From positions 25,110,001 through 25,174,000 of the forward strand of contig OX597834.1 of the NCBI GenBank assembly GCA_951406725.2: a DNA stretch of 64,000 bases. The letters are read 5' to 3'. A model generated the notes under the pieces. It made no database searches. It was not told the origin of the DNA and worked only from the letters and a program-made list of their open reading frames with translations. Made by a program: the position numbers and the translations under genes. This document shows, one piece after another, positions 13,242 to 27,837 of this stretch. This stretch comes from Octopus vulgaris (taxonomy: Eukaryota). Each line of letters starts with the position of its first letter. The stretch's first letter is position 1.

Positions 13242-13412
13242 ATATATATATGTGTGTGTGTGTATGTATATATATATATGTGTGTGTGTGTGTGCATGTA
13301 TGTATATATATATATATGTGTTTGTGTGTGTGTATGTATGTATATATATATATGTGTGTGTGTGTGTATGTATATATATATATGTGTGTGTGTGTGTGTA
13401 TGTGTGTGTATG

Positions 13413-13457
<45 letters not shown>

Positions 13458-13944
13458 ATATATATATATATGTGTGTGTGTGTATATGTATATATATATG
13501 CGTGTGTATGTATATATATATGTATATATAGAGATACACAGAGGGAGAGAGAAAGGGAGAAATAGTGAAAGGGAGAGGGAGAGAGACAGACAGAGAGGGA
13601 GAGAAAGATATAAAAGAGAGAAGGCGAGATGAAAAGATGAAACGCAACAGTGTGACAGGTGAAGAATGGAGAGGAGGAGGAAAGGGAGAGAGAGAGAAAG
13701 TCAGAAGAGAAGATACGTGAGACATAAAGAGGAGGGGAGATAAAAGAGAAATATAGACTTACAGAGATAAGGAGAGTATCAATGTGTGGAGAGAGAGTGA
13801 GTATAGACGGAGAGAGAGAGCGAGTGAGTGAGTGAGTGAGAGTGTGAGTGAGAGTGTGGGGCAGGTGGGAAGGGAGAGTGAGAAACGAAGTTCTTGTAAT
13901 GAAATACGTGTTACGGTTTAGCCCCAGGCCTGACGGCCACGCTT

Positions 13945-14462
13945 GCCATACAAGCATGATTGCGTGGTCGGTCAGAGGTTTGCTTCCCAACCACATTGTT
14001 CTGGGGTTCAGTCCCACTCTGTGGAAACTTGGGCAAGTGTCTTCAACAATAGCCCCACCGGACCAACCAAAAGCCTTGTGAATGGATTTGGTGGACGGTA
14101 GCTGAAAAAAGCCCGCCGAATATATATATATATATATAGGTGTGTAAACAACAAACAGGTTTGTTAGTTTAACGCTCGGAAAGGTGAGAGAGTCTTTTTT
14201 ACATTTCGAGCCTACGCTCTTCAGCAGAAAGGAACACGAGAAAATAAACAGAGAGAGAATAAAAAAAAAGTTTTACGAGTGGCTAGCGGTCAATCAGTAT
14301 ACATGTACATAGCGGTTCGGCAAAAAAAACCGATAAAATAAGTAACAGGCTTTTAAAAAAAATAAGTACCGGGGTTGATTTGTTCGGCTGGAATTCTTCT
14401 AGGCGGTGCTCCAGCATGGTCGCAGGTTGATAACTGAAATAAGCAAAAGATAAAAGATAAAA
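13945..14462 (+). mobile_element. SINE family B interrupted in its internal (TA)n by a hammerhead-bearing fragment (~14139-14290)
   Basis: SINE B head 13945-14120 and tail 14310-14462 flank an unrelated insert homologous to 18200-18330. Confidence 0.7.
14193..14232 (-). ncRNA. Minimal type-I hammerhead-like motif (A6C variant)
   Basis: Minus: TTT CTGCTGA A GAGC GTAG GCTC GAA ATGT A AAA. Confidence 0.5.
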
Positions 14463-14493
14463 CATTATATATATAACAATATCTATCTATCTA

Positions 14494-14539
<46 letters not shown>

Positions 14540-14542
<3 letters not shown>

Positions 14543-14752
14543 GAAATATTAAAATTACTAAGTCTCTCTAAAAGAGATTACGGCAGCCTTACTGGAAATT
14601 AATTGTTATCGCCATATTAATATGGCAGACTTATAGATATAAGACTAAAAGCTGTCGCTGAATAGCTCCATGAGGCCATCGCCTTAAGATAGCTATTTGA
14701 CACACAAATTGTGTCCATTATAACCTTCGAACAAAGGAGGTCAGCCGCTTCA
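14540..14752. mobile_element. (TA)n-inserted repeat, inverted homologue of 21870-22030 (probable Penelope-like terminal fragment)
   Basis: ATATTAAAATTACTAAGTCTCTCT...GTGTCCATTATAACCTTCG...GGAGGTCAGCCGCTTC aligns by eye with the reverse complement of 21870-22030; both abut (TA)n. Confidence 0.55.
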
Positions 14753-15152
14753 CACATATATATTTGCCAACTAAGTGTGGCGTCCTATACAGGACAGTGC
14801 TGCTGTTGTTTGTAGTCCAAGGATGACATCTCTTCTAGCTGGTCAACGACGCATAGTCTGAGTCCGATTAGTGCGAGGGGTAGTCATCGCTCCTATCTCT
14901 AGCCTTACGTGGTACACACCAACTCGAGTTTCTGGCTGGTTACCCGTCCTCAGCGTGTGTTAACCACTAGCTAGTAATGAAAGCTCATTCCACTCGCAAA
15001 TTACTATACACTTGTCTAGCGACTCACTGTCCCTGGTCTCGTAATAGAGAGAGGTATGTTATATTAAATCTCTGAGTGATTCCCTTGACAGCAGAACATG
15101 TGTAAGCTGTGGAAATTTGACTTCTTTCCTCATTTAAACTGTTACTTTATAT

Positions 15153-15510
15153 AGGCGCAGGCGTGGCTGCATGGCAAAAAGTTTACCTCCCTTTATCATA
15201 GTTCCCGGTTCAGTCCCACTACATAGCATCTTGGGCAAGTGTCTTCTGCTATAGCCTCGGGATTTGATAGACGGAAACTGAAAGAAGCCTGTCATATATG
15301 TATATGTTTATAAGTGTCTGTGTTTGGACTCCCGCCATCGCTTGACAACCGACGTTGGTGTGTTTACATACTCGAAACTGATCGATTCGACAAAAGAGAC
15401 CAACTGGATAAGTACTGGGCTTACAAAGAATAAGTCCTGGAGTCGATTTGTTCGACTAAAGGCGGTGCTCCAGCATTGCCACAGTCAAATGACTGCAACA
15501 AGTAAAAGAA
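15153..15510 (+). mobile_element. SINE family B
   Basis: Head GGCGCAGGCGTGGCTGC through tail CAGTCAAATGACTGCAACAAGTAAAAGA. Confidence 0.8.
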
Positions 15511-16385
15511 TATATATGGAGTAGACATTCTAAATCACAACTGTCAGACGAACGGGAACGTGAAACTCAAAGTGGCGGGGGTGGTTGTGATGTCTTTGCA
15601 GCTATATTAATAAAGTAGTATAGCCTTAATACACTAATAAAGTGTGTGTGTATGTGTGTGTGTGTGTGTGTGTGTGCATGTGTCTGTGTGTGTGTATATG
15701 TGTGTGACTCTCTGTGTGTGTGCGTGTGTGACTGTGTGTGTGTTTGCTATATTGTTATATGCTTGCACGAGTATGTGTGTGTGTGTGTGTGTGTGTTTTG
15801 ATGAAGTGAGGTTGAGGCCTAAAGACAGCAAGAAATAATGGGAGCAAGGGAGAAAGGGAGAGAGGGGAAAATACAAAGAGTTACACACAGAGAGAGAAAG
15901 AGAAAGAGAGGGAGTAAAGAGAAAGAGAAAGGAGTGTCTGAGAAAAACTTTGAGGTAGTGGTATATGTATGTATGTATGTAGGTATGTATGTATGTATGT
16001 ATGAATGTATGTATGTGTGTATACTTGTATAAGAAGATATCTCTGTGATGTGTGTATGCGTGTATGTGTGTGTAGGTAGTGGGCGGGAGGGGAGAGTGAG
16101 AGAATGAATGCGTAAGTTAGACACATACACACATTTCTTAATTAACACAACTTCTTTTGATGATAGGAGACAAGCATGGCTGTCTGATTGATCAGGCATG
16201 CGTGAAACTTAAAGTAACAACAGAAGGCAGAAACCATAGAAATATAATTATACTCTATATCATCTATTGAGTGCTTATTTCTCTTCTATTAAAAACAATT
16301 GTATGTGTGTGTGTGTTGTGTATCTATATATATATATATATGTGTGTGTTTGTGTGTATGTGTGTGTGTGTGTATCTATCTATCC

Positions 16386-16433
<48 letters not shown>

Positions 16434-16452
16434 CTCTCTATATATATATATT

Positions 16453-16489
<37 letters not shown>

Positions 16490-16735
16490 CTTTAGTTTAA
16501 GTAAGTACATACATACAGAGATTATTGGTGGTGAGGGAGGGGGAAGAGTATACGTACAGACTGAAAGAGAGTGAGAGGCACGGAGGAGAGAATTAGTGAG
16601 TCCATGTGACCACCAATAACGGATCGATACTCTGAGGGGTCGCTGAACCCTTTCTTGTTGAGTTGTGAGTGATCTGTCGTGCATCCCACCTCCAGTTTTC
16701 AATCAAGTGCGTCCCACTATGAACGGACAAAGTTG

Positions 16736-16816
<81 letters not shown>

Positions 16817-16839
16817 TGTGTGTGTGTCTATGTGTGTGT

Positions 16840-16925
<86 letters not shown>

Positions 16926-17098
16926 AGAGTGGGCCAAAAGACACGCACCGAATCATTTGTCATTTTACTTATATTACGGCTATTATTACTGTTCGTTATG
17001 TTATTTCATAAAATTTTTAGGAAAATTGAAGTTTGTTCGACAATTCGGGAGCGTATTGAACTTATTATATGCGTGACTTTTGACCAACCCTCTCTCTC

Positions 17099-17141
<43 letters not shown>

Positions 17142-17169
17142 AATATATTCGTTTTTTGGAGATTAACTA

Positions 17170-17560
17170 GGAGGGAAGCACTCTGTCGGTTACGACGATG
17201 AGGGTTCCGGTTGATCCGAATCAACGGAACAGCCTGCTCGTGAAATTAACGTGTAAGTGGCTGAGCACTCCACAGACACGTGCACCCTTAACGTAGTTGT
17301 CGGGGATATTCAGCGTGACACAGAGAGTGACAAGGCCGGCCCTTTGAAATACAGGTACAACAGAAACAGGAAGTAAGAGTGAGAGAAAGTTGTGGTGAAA
17401 GAGTACAGCAGAGATCACCACCATCCCCTGCCGGAGCCTCGTGGAGCTCTTAGGTGTTATCGCTCAATAAACACTCACAACGCCCGATCTGGGAATCGAA
17501 ACAGCAATCCTATGACCGCGAGTCCGCTGCCCTAACCACTGGGCCATTGCGCCTCCACAC
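17170..17560 (-). mobile_element. tRNA-derived SINE family E (tail type 2) with 12-bp TSD
   Basis: Same head as 10982-11278 but a different 3' half. TSD GGAGATTAACTA at 17158-17169 and 17561-17572. Confidence 0.88.
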
Positions 17561-17566
17561 GGAGAT

Positions 17567-17700
<134 letters not shown>

Positions 17701-17988
17701 TATAAAATGAGATAGGGGTTGAAAATTCAACCCACCATGGGATAATATATATCCAATATACTGCTAGATAGGTACCCAACAAAACTGCCGAAACAGTTTG
17801 CATATTGTATTTGTAATTTTTTACTTATATCTCTTCATCTTTTTACTTTTACTATTACTGTATATCTCATTTCATTTTATATATTGCCTTTACTCCTATG
17901 TAATGGTGTATTAAAGTATGGATTGAGTATCATCGGATAGTTGATGTTTTATTGATTTAAGTATGTTTCTCCATTCTCTAATTTTGTA

Positions 17989-18041
<53 letters not shown>

Positions 18042-18150
18042 TTCGTATTTCGTATTTTTTTGTTGTTTAAGTTTTGTGACGTCCTGTGCTTACATATGCA
18101 TATGTATATACGTATACATGTATGTATATGTACGTATACGTATATATATA

Positions 18151-18185
<35 letters not shown>

Positions 18186-18272
18186 CGGGAAGCATAAACA
18201 AAAGACGAAGGTAGGTGGAATACAAACAAACAATTGTATTAGTATAACGCTCAGGAATATGAATAAAACAAG

Positions 18273-18310
18273 TCTTTTACGTTTCGAGCCTACGCTCTTC
18301 AACAGAAAGA
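18273..18310 (-). ncRNA. Minimal type-I hammerhead-like motif (A6U variant) in a (TA)n-inserted Penelope-like fragment
   Basis: Minus: TCTTT CTGTTGA A GAGC GTAG GCTC GAA ACGT A AAAGA. Perfect stems I and II, palindromic stem III, GUA cleavage triplet. Confidence 0.6.
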
Positions 18311-18776
18311 TACACAGAAAAGAAACACGTTGTGTTTTGCTGTTTAACCATTGATCAAGTCTTTGGTTTCAGTTTTCAGCCATTATTGGCGTCCACACTT
18401 GCCGACTTCCTCTCTGTCCTGTCTTACAGGAAACTCTCTGAATACACAGCTTCCCCCTTTTATTTACTTCTTCTTCTTTTTTTTGTCTCTCTTTCTAGTT
18501 CCACTTTTATTTCATTCGCTTTTTGTTGTTGCTGTTGTTGTTGTTGGTTTATCTTTGACTAAACATTTCTTCTCGATGTAATTAATTTCATGTTTGTAGC
18601 TCATCGTTCCCCTCACTTTCCCTCTCTTTCTTTTTTTCTTTCTTTCTTTCTCCTCTCTCTCTCTCTCTCTTTCTTTCTTTCTCCCCTCTCTCTCTTTCTT
18701 TCTTTCTTTCTCCTCTCTCTCTCTTTCTTTCTTTCTTTCTCTCCTCTCTCTTTCTTTCTTTCTTTCTTTCTTTCTC

Positions 18777-18808
<32 letters not shown>

Positions 18809-18847
18809 TTCTATCTATCGATCTATCTATCTATCTGTTTATCTTTT

Positions 18848-18893
<46 letters not shown>

Positions 18894-19191
18894 AGTAAGC
18901 ACATAAATGCAAAACAAGGTGGAGAAAAATAATACTCGAATACCTAAGGTAGAGTAATATGCTTTTATTAAAGCTGCAAAATCTCAAAATTGTTACTCAG
19001 AGTTTCATGTTCCCGTCCGTCGAACAGATGTGATGAATACTGAATTAAAATTGTAATTGTACACATACATACATACATACATACATACATACATACATAC
19101 ATACATACATACATACATACATACATACATACATACATACATACATACATACATACATACATACATACACACACACACATACATACATACA

Positions 19192-19225
<34 letters not shown>

Positions 19226-19317
19226 CATACATACATACATACATACATACATACATACATACATACATACATACATACATACATACATACATACATACAT
19301 ACATACATACATACATA

Positions 19318-19763
19318 CAGCTCTGCCCAGCGGATGTGAAAATGAAACTAAAGATCAGCGGAAAATAAAATACCTAACTATACAATTACTCTACCCGGAT
19401 TACAAGTTCAGATTTAGACCCGTAATTATTGGCTTCTCAAAACCAGAAAAGAGAAGCTGATTCGAAAGCTACAGATGCAAGCCATCACTGGAACTGTAAA
19501 AACCTGTAAAACTTTCCAGATGTTTATCATTTAAGTATATATGAGCATGTCTAGTCATGCCAACCGGATGCATGAGAATACATACTTAAAACAAAACATA
19601 CAGATCTGAACATGCACTGACTCCAAATACTGCACGTATACACACTTACATGCAAAATCCCTGTTGTTGGTGTTGAAATTCCAATGAAGGAGACTTGGAT
19701 CTAGGATAGAAACCGGCTGCTTCTCAATTGGCAAGAAATCAATGAAATAAAAGTAAATAATAA
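19318..19763 (+). mobile_element. R4/Dong-type RLE retrotransposon 3' fragment flanked by (CATA)n
   Basis: Translates CPADVKMKLKISGK, QLLYPDYKFRFRPVIIG, KLIRKLQMQAITGTVKTCKTF. Homologous to 59532-60470. (CATA)n on both sides. Confidence 0.75.
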
Positions 19764-19818
19764 CATACATACATACATACGTGGTGTGTGTGTGTGTGTG
19801 TGTTTGAGAGACAGAAAT

Positions 19819-19868
<50 letters not shown>

Positions 19869-19905
19869 GGATGGATGGATGGATGGATGGATGGATGGAT
19901 GGATG

Positions 19906-19992
<87 letters not shown>

Positions 19993-20009
19993 GGAAACGG
20001 AGAAAGAGT

Positions 20010-20056
<47 letters not shown>

Positions 20057-20665
20057 GGTTTGAGCTGACAAACCATTCAGGGTACAAACACGTAATACAA
20101 TAGTAGTAGATCAAGTTAGTGTTCTGACGTGGATTATCTGTTTTTTGTGTAGAGCTTCTTTCATCTATGCAGGTGAAAGATAAGCCTAGGCCACTCAGCC
20201 GTGAGGTCAAGTCTAAGGCGGAGCAGTTTAAAGTCTAACCTCCATAAGATAAGATAAGTGATTCGCAGATTGGGTTGGTGTGGTTGTTGCTGTTGTCGTT
20301 ATTGTTGTTGTTTGGGTCCTGATTGCGATGTCCTTTGATCAAAAACGTTCCATCTATTGCTACGCCATCTCTTCTGTATGCTAGCTTCAAATTTCGGCAC
20401 AAGGCCAGCAAGTTTCGGAGATATGGTAAGCCGATTACATTGACCCCCGGTGTTGTTCAACTGATACTTATTTTATCAACCCTCGAAAGGAAGGATGAAA
20501 GGCAAAGTCGACCTCCGCGGAATGTCGCTTCTGCATATTAACAACTACATTGTCTAATTAGGACGGTAGACTGTTATCTGTTCATTTCAGAGAGACTTGG
20601 CTACTGTTCATCGAGCAGACACACACACGTACGTACATATATATACACATATACATATATGTATG

Positions 20666-20801
<136 letters not shown>

Positions 20802-20802
20802 C

Positions 20803-20856
<54 letters not shown>

Positions 20857-20943
20857 ATGTATATGTATATATATACATATATACACATGTGCTTATCCAC
20901 ATTTATATATATATATGTAAACATACATAACACAGACACACAG

Positions 20944-21016
<73 letters not shown>

Positions 21017-21309
21017 TGTAAATGTATAAGAGAAGTGTCGTGAGAAAACAGATGTTTATTCCATTAGTTAACAGCTGTTTCATAATCCATTTAAGTTACA
21101 TAATCTACGCTACATCATCCGCCATACTTATATGAATGTACACACATACATGTGTGTGTGTGTGTGTGTACATACATACATGTATACATATACATATATA
21201 TACACACACTCACACACATATATATATATACATGCATAATATATATACATAATATATATATGCGTGTGTGTTTGTATATATGTGTGTAATATATATATAT
21301 ACATATATT

Positions 21310-21358
<49 letters not shown>

Positions 21359-21375
21359 CATACACACATGCGTAT

Positions 21376-21431
<56 letters not shown>

Positions 21432-21799
21432 TATTTCTAATAGATTGGACGGTCACATAGTGGTCCCTGGTAGGTAGGGTCATCTATGAACCTAAGTCTT
21501 GTTGACTGGGTTAAACTTTTTCATTACCTTGAATTTTTTCCCAGCAACAAACCCTTAATATCATCGTCTATATAACAGCTATGTACAATAGTGTCTGTTG
21601 ATGGAGAACAACAGAGCTCCGAGGACGGTGCCTTGTGGAACCCCTGATTGTTTTGTTTGGTGATTTTAAAGCCTTAGACGACAATGACGCTACAGTTCTA
21701 AGATAATCGACATTATGCCCATGAGCATCCTATTAAGATCTTGGGTGATATAATCCTTCGAACAAACGGTCGGCAGCGACGCCTGCTGAGTCTGGCTAC

Positions 21800-21842
21800 T
21801 CTGCATTGATAAAGGGCAAATACACTGAAACATGTCTGCAGA
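21800..21842 (+). ncRNA. Decayed minimal hammerhead-like motif
   Basis: TCTGCA TTGATAA A GG...CT GAA ACATGT C TGCAGA: stem I TCTGCA/TGCAGA, palindromic stem III, GUC site; core two transitions from CTGATGA. Confidence 0.45.
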
Positions 21843-22022
21843 TGTCTGACCAGCAAGAGGAAGCGGCTGACCTCCCCTGTCCGAAGGTTATAATGGACAC
21901 AGGTTCGTGTGTCCTATAGCTAGCTAGAGGTGATGGCCTCTTGGAGCTAATCAACGGCAGCTTAAGTTTTATATTTATGGACTGCCATATTAGCCGTAGT
22001 CTCCTTCAGAGAGACTTAGAAA

Positions 22023-22065
<43 letters not shown>

Positions 22066-22354
22066 AAGACAGTGGAGAGTTTGAACAGAGTATAATCAAT
22101 TTATTTACATTTTTATAAATTATATAAGCCTACAATTGTTTCTACATCTGTTTTCATTCAAATTATAATTAAAAATTGCATTTTGAAATAAGGAAGGTAA
22201 ATATTTTTTCAGGGCAAATTGACACATTTGTTTTTACATCCTAGTGACCGTTCATCAACAGACCAAAATAGTAGCGTTCGTTCATTTATGTGTGCGCATG
22301 CGTGTTAGCCTGTTAGAAACAACGACACCGTTAGTTATGTATTTTTTTTTTCTT

Positions 22355-22553
22355 TTTCCTTGTTTCAGTCATTTTGACTGCGGCCATGCTGGAGCACCGC
22401 CTTTAATCGAACAACTCGACTCCGGGACTTATTCTTTTGGTAAGCCCAGTACTTATTCTATCGGTCTCTTTTGCCGAACCGCTAAGTAACGGGGACATAA
22501 ACACACCAGCATCGGTTGTCAAACAATGCTAGGGGGACAAACACAGAGACACA

Positions 22554-22613
<60 letters not shown>

Positions 22614-22782
22614 CATATATACAACGGGCTTCTTTCAGTTTCCGTCTACCAAATCCACTCACAAGGCTTTGGTCGGCCCGAGGCTATAGTAGAAGACACT
22701 TGCCCAAGGTGCCAAGCAGTGGGACTGAACCCGGAACCATGTGGTTGGTAGGCAAGCTACTTACCACACAGCCACTCCTACT
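22355..22782 (-). mobile_element. SINE family B, full length
   Basis: Reverse complement of the 5386 copy, including the internal (TA)n. Confidence 0.88.
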
Positions 22783-22960
22783 TATTTTTCGTTTATATGT
22801 TTATCAGTAAGTAAATCTAGTTATTCTCTTTTAATTTACATTGGTAATTGTGAGATCTTGAATTGATGATATCATTTTTATTAATTTATTAATTATTTTC
22901 TAGATATACGGAGATGTACTTGCATAGCAAGTGATTTGATCTGAGATCGTGTGCTGAAAC

Positions 22961-23254
22961 GAAAACAATTGCAGCGTGGAAGGTGTTTGTAAGCCATTTA
23001 AGAAACACACACAAAACCGTTAGATTCACTTCAACATTTAAGTTTAATTTGTCAAAATATTTTCGTCGCTTTGAGACCACGACCTGTTCACTGACAAAAA
23101 TCCGCGCTGCATCCTTTTTGTCAGTGGAAAGGTCGTGGTCTCAAAGCGACGAAAATATTTTGACAAATTAAACTTAAATGTTGAAGTGAATCTAACGGTT
23201 TTGTGTGTGTTTCTTAAATGGCTTACAAACACCTTCCACGCTGCAATTGTTTTC
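22961..23254. repeat. Near-perfect fold-back: 140-bp arms, 14-nt loop
   Basis: 22961-23100 versus 23115-23254, with two mismatches seen by eye. Opposite-strand ORFs 22983(+) and 23232(-) start with the same peptide. Confidence 0.97.
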
Positions 23255-23261
23255 TAGATAT

Positions 23262-23263
<2 letters not shown>

Positions 23264-23321
<58 letters not shown>

Positions 23322-23462
23322 GTTTAACGTCCGCTTTCCATGCTAGCATGGGTTGGACGATTTTGACTGAGGGCTGGCAAACCAGATGGCTGCACCAGGC
23401 TCCAATCTTGATTTGGCAGAGTTTCTACAGCTGGATGCCCTTCCTAACGTCAACCACTCCGA
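23264..23462 (-). mobile_element. Repeat family C 3' end with (GAT)n tail
   Basis: Reverse complement of 8120-8275. Confidence 0.75.
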
Positions 23463-23497
23463 GATATATATTTATATATACACACATTAGTGCAGCT

Positions 23498-23564
<67 letters not shown>

Positions 23565-23631
23565 AATATTAATAATAAGGAGAATGAAGAATTTGAACAT
23601 TCAAACGTTATGTTTATTTATTCCCAATTAA

Positions 23632-23745
23632 TTTATTCATAATAATTGTGCGACATGTGTTTCGGTCGCACTAACTGCATATAAATATGCAACAATATGC
23701 AGTTAGAGCGATCGAAACACGTGTAGGACAGCTATTATGAATAAA
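23632..23745. repeat. Imperfect fold-back (~50-bp arms)
   Basis: TTATTCATAATAATTGTGCGACATGTGTTTCGGTCGCACTAACTGCATAT versus ATATGCAGTTAGAGCGATCGAAACACGTGTAGGACAGCTATTATGAATAA. Confidence 0.85.
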
Positions 23746-23754
23746 CTAACTGGA

Positions 23755-24009
23755 GTGCAGCTTCCAAGATGACACACTTCCCATGTGGTTAAGAATTGGT
23801 ATAAAGAACATAATAGTGAGCTACAACACTTGGAGTGGGCCCCTCAATCTCCAGGTTTTGGCTCAAGATACCTCGCAATGAAGTCAGGAAGCTGTATGAA
23901 TCAATTACTAGACGCACCGAAGCTGTTCAGAAAGTTAAAGGTGACCCAACTCCATATTAAATAAATATTCATTGAATTTAACATGCGTTCTAATTATTTT
24001 GTCCAACCC

Positions 24010-24012
<3 letters not shown>
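23755..24012 (+). mobile_element. Tc1-like transposon 3' fragment
   Basis: VVKNWYKEHNSELQHLEWAPQSP (WPxQSPDL motif), ESITRRTEAVQKVKGDPTPY*. Right terminus TTGTCCAACCCCTG followed by TA. Confidence 0.8.
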
Positions 24013-24050
<38 letters not shown>

Positions 24051-24147
24051 AAGTTGAGGCACCAGAATTTAGTACGGTGTTATCCATACAATTTCAAAAT
24101 AAGGTGATATTAAAATCAAAATAAGCAACAAGGATAGCCAGAGGTAA

Positions 24148-24239
24148 TGCAGTACAATCGTGTCATGCGACTCCATTTAATTGAACAATGCAATAATTTC
24201 ATTACATCAATTTAAAATGTAGAGCAATCTTCAGCTGCA
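24148..24239 (-). ncRNA. Type-I hammerhead-like motif with long stem II (GAAA>GACA)
   Basis: Minus: TGCAG CTGAAGA [long imperfect hairpin] GAC ACGATTGT A CTGCA. Same stem III as the 63947 motif. Confidence 0.5.
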
Positions 24240-24389
24240 CAAAGGCATAGAATTTAATTAAATTAGAACAGAAGGACACATTAGTATAATTTTACCCCAA
24301 ATCTCCAAGAGGATAAGGAAACAGACAAAGAACATTTTTTACCAACAACATCATAGTTGTGATGTTGGGTAAAATTATACTAATGTATA

Positions 24390-24491
<102 letters not shown>

Positions 24492-24728
24492 TCCGTTTCC
24501 ACGTTTGTTTTTACGTTTTCGTTTCTCGTTGAGTTCTACGTCTATTTGTGGTGTCCTGTACTCACGTATATATATTTATATATGCATGTATATATACATG
24601 TAGATGTAGGTACGTACATATATGTATGTATGCATATATTTTATTTATTACACTATTTTATGACTGAGCGCCCTCGCGTCGATTCGATTCGTTTTCGTTT
24701 CGTTTCATCTCCTCCAAGTAAGTTTTGT

Positions 24729-24759
<31 letters not shown>

Positions 24760-24764
24760 TTTAT

Positions 24765-25139
24765 TCTTTTATTTGGTTCAGTCATTTGACTGCGGCCATG
24801 CTGGAGTACCGGCATTAGTTAAACAAACCAACGCCAGGCTTATTCTTCGTAAACCTATTACTTATTCTATCGGTCTCTTTTGCTGGATGATGGGAGACAA
24901 ACACAGACATACAAACGCACGCACACACACACACACATACATACATACATACATCTATACATACATACATACAAACATATATATATATAATACATACATA
25001 TATATATATATATACGACGGGCTTCTTTCAGTTTCCGTCTACCAAATCCACTGAGACAAGGCTTTGGTTGGCCCGAGGCTATAGTAGAAGACACTTGCTC
25101 AAGGTGCAACACAGCGGGACTGAACACGGAATCATGTGG

Positions 25140-25143
<4 letters not shown>
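24765..25143 (-). mobile_element. SINE family B, truncated near its head by the inverted duplication
   Basis: Matches the 22355 copy up to CATGTGGTTGG, then switches to unrelated sequence. Confidence 0.8.
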
Positions 25144-26460
<1,317 letters not shown>

Positions 26461-26784
26461 ATCTCCTTCAACAAATCAAGAAACGTATCCCGTCCCACAA
26501 CCACAACCACAACCAGCATAACTATGTGCTCTTACAACAGTTCATGTTTGATCATTCCTCTGTACAACTGCACTGAGCTAGGTCTGAACTGCATAAATAG
26601 GACAGAGCCTGACTTCTAGGTGTGTCTTTTCAAATGATATCTATTCTCCTATAACTCTTTGTTCAGCGCCTATAACAAATATTGCCTGTCATTCTCTATT
26701 GTTGCCCTTTCAATGCGAACCCCGCCACAACTTCCATAATGTTTGAGCCAAAGTTGTACAATTCTTAACATTTCCTGTAATATA

Positions 26785-27012
26785 AGGCGACGTGCTGGCA
26801 AAATCGTTACCGCACTGGGCAAAATGCTTAGCGCTTAGCGGCATTTCGTGCGTCTTTACGTTCTGAGTTCAAATTTCACCGAGGTCGATTTTGCCTTTCA
26901 TCATTTCGGGGTTGATAAAATAAGTACCAATTGAACCCTGGGATCGATGTAATCGACTTACCATCCACCCCCCCCCCCCCCGAAATTGCTGGCTTGCTCC
27001 AAAATCTGAAAT
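26785..27012 (+). mobile_element. SINE family A, older subfamily with a different tail
   Basis: Family A head and core followed by ...CCGAAATTGCTGGCTTG...CCAAAATCTGAAA. Similar copies at ~4960-5150, 40525-40685, 40772-41000 and 46837-47045. Confidence 0.75.
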
Positions 27013-27331
27013 ATTTCCCGTAATGATCCTGTCAATGTCAGCTATTGTACAGTTATATCTTTTGCAATGCTGGAATCTACATTAATTCAAATCAACGATA
27101 TTTTGTTCCAGTTCTCTCTTCGGAACAGTCTCCTTACTCTTATATTATTTTTTACTTTTAAGTTGCTATCTTCTGTCTCGGAAACGAAACGAATGTGTGT
27201 AAAGCGGAATTGTTTCGGTGAAATACTAAACATTTCAAAAATGAAACTGCATTAACACCGAAAATTCGAGTGAGTTGCAGCGCCGTCTTTGAGCAAACTG
27301 AGTATTGGGTGTAACCCTAAACAAAATGTCT

Positions 27332-27786
27332 CCACCACCACCACCACCACCACAACCACCACCACAACCGCCGCCTCCACCGCCACCATCACCACCACCA
27401 CCACCACCACCACCATCACCACCACCACCACCAACACCATCACCACCACCACCACCACCACCACCACCACCACCACCACCACCACCACCACCACCATCAC
27501 CACCACCACCACCACCACCATCACCACCACCACCATCACTACCACCAGCACCATCACCACCACCACCACCACCACCACCACCACCACCACCACAACCGCC
27601 GCCTCCACCGCCACCATCACCACCACCACCACCACCACCATCACCACCACCACCACCAACACCATCACCACCACAACCATCACCACCACCACCACCACCA
27701 CCACCAACACCACCACCAACACCACCACCACCACCACCACCACCACCACCACCACCACCACCACCACCACCATCACAACCACCACC

Positions 27787-27819
<33 letters not shown>

Positions 27820-27820
27820 A
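27332..27820. repeat. (ACC)n trinucleotide tract with internal higher-order duplication
   Basis: Visible (ACC)n; variant block ACAACCGCCGCCTCCACCGCCACCATC at ~27364 and ~27592. Confidence 0.95.
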
Positions 27821-27837
27821 TATCATTAAGGACATAC

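Noticed and set aside
12887-14017. 376-aa ORF and the many other long ORFs rich in IY, TH, VC, MYVC or homopolymers
   Set aside because: These are stop-free translations of di-, tri- and tetranucleotide microsatellites, open in several frames and on both strands, with no domain signal.
16500-16740. Unique-looking segment between microsatellites, possibly an exon or promoter
   Set aside because: No recognisable ORF, splice-site pair or motif; cannot be supported without RNA data.
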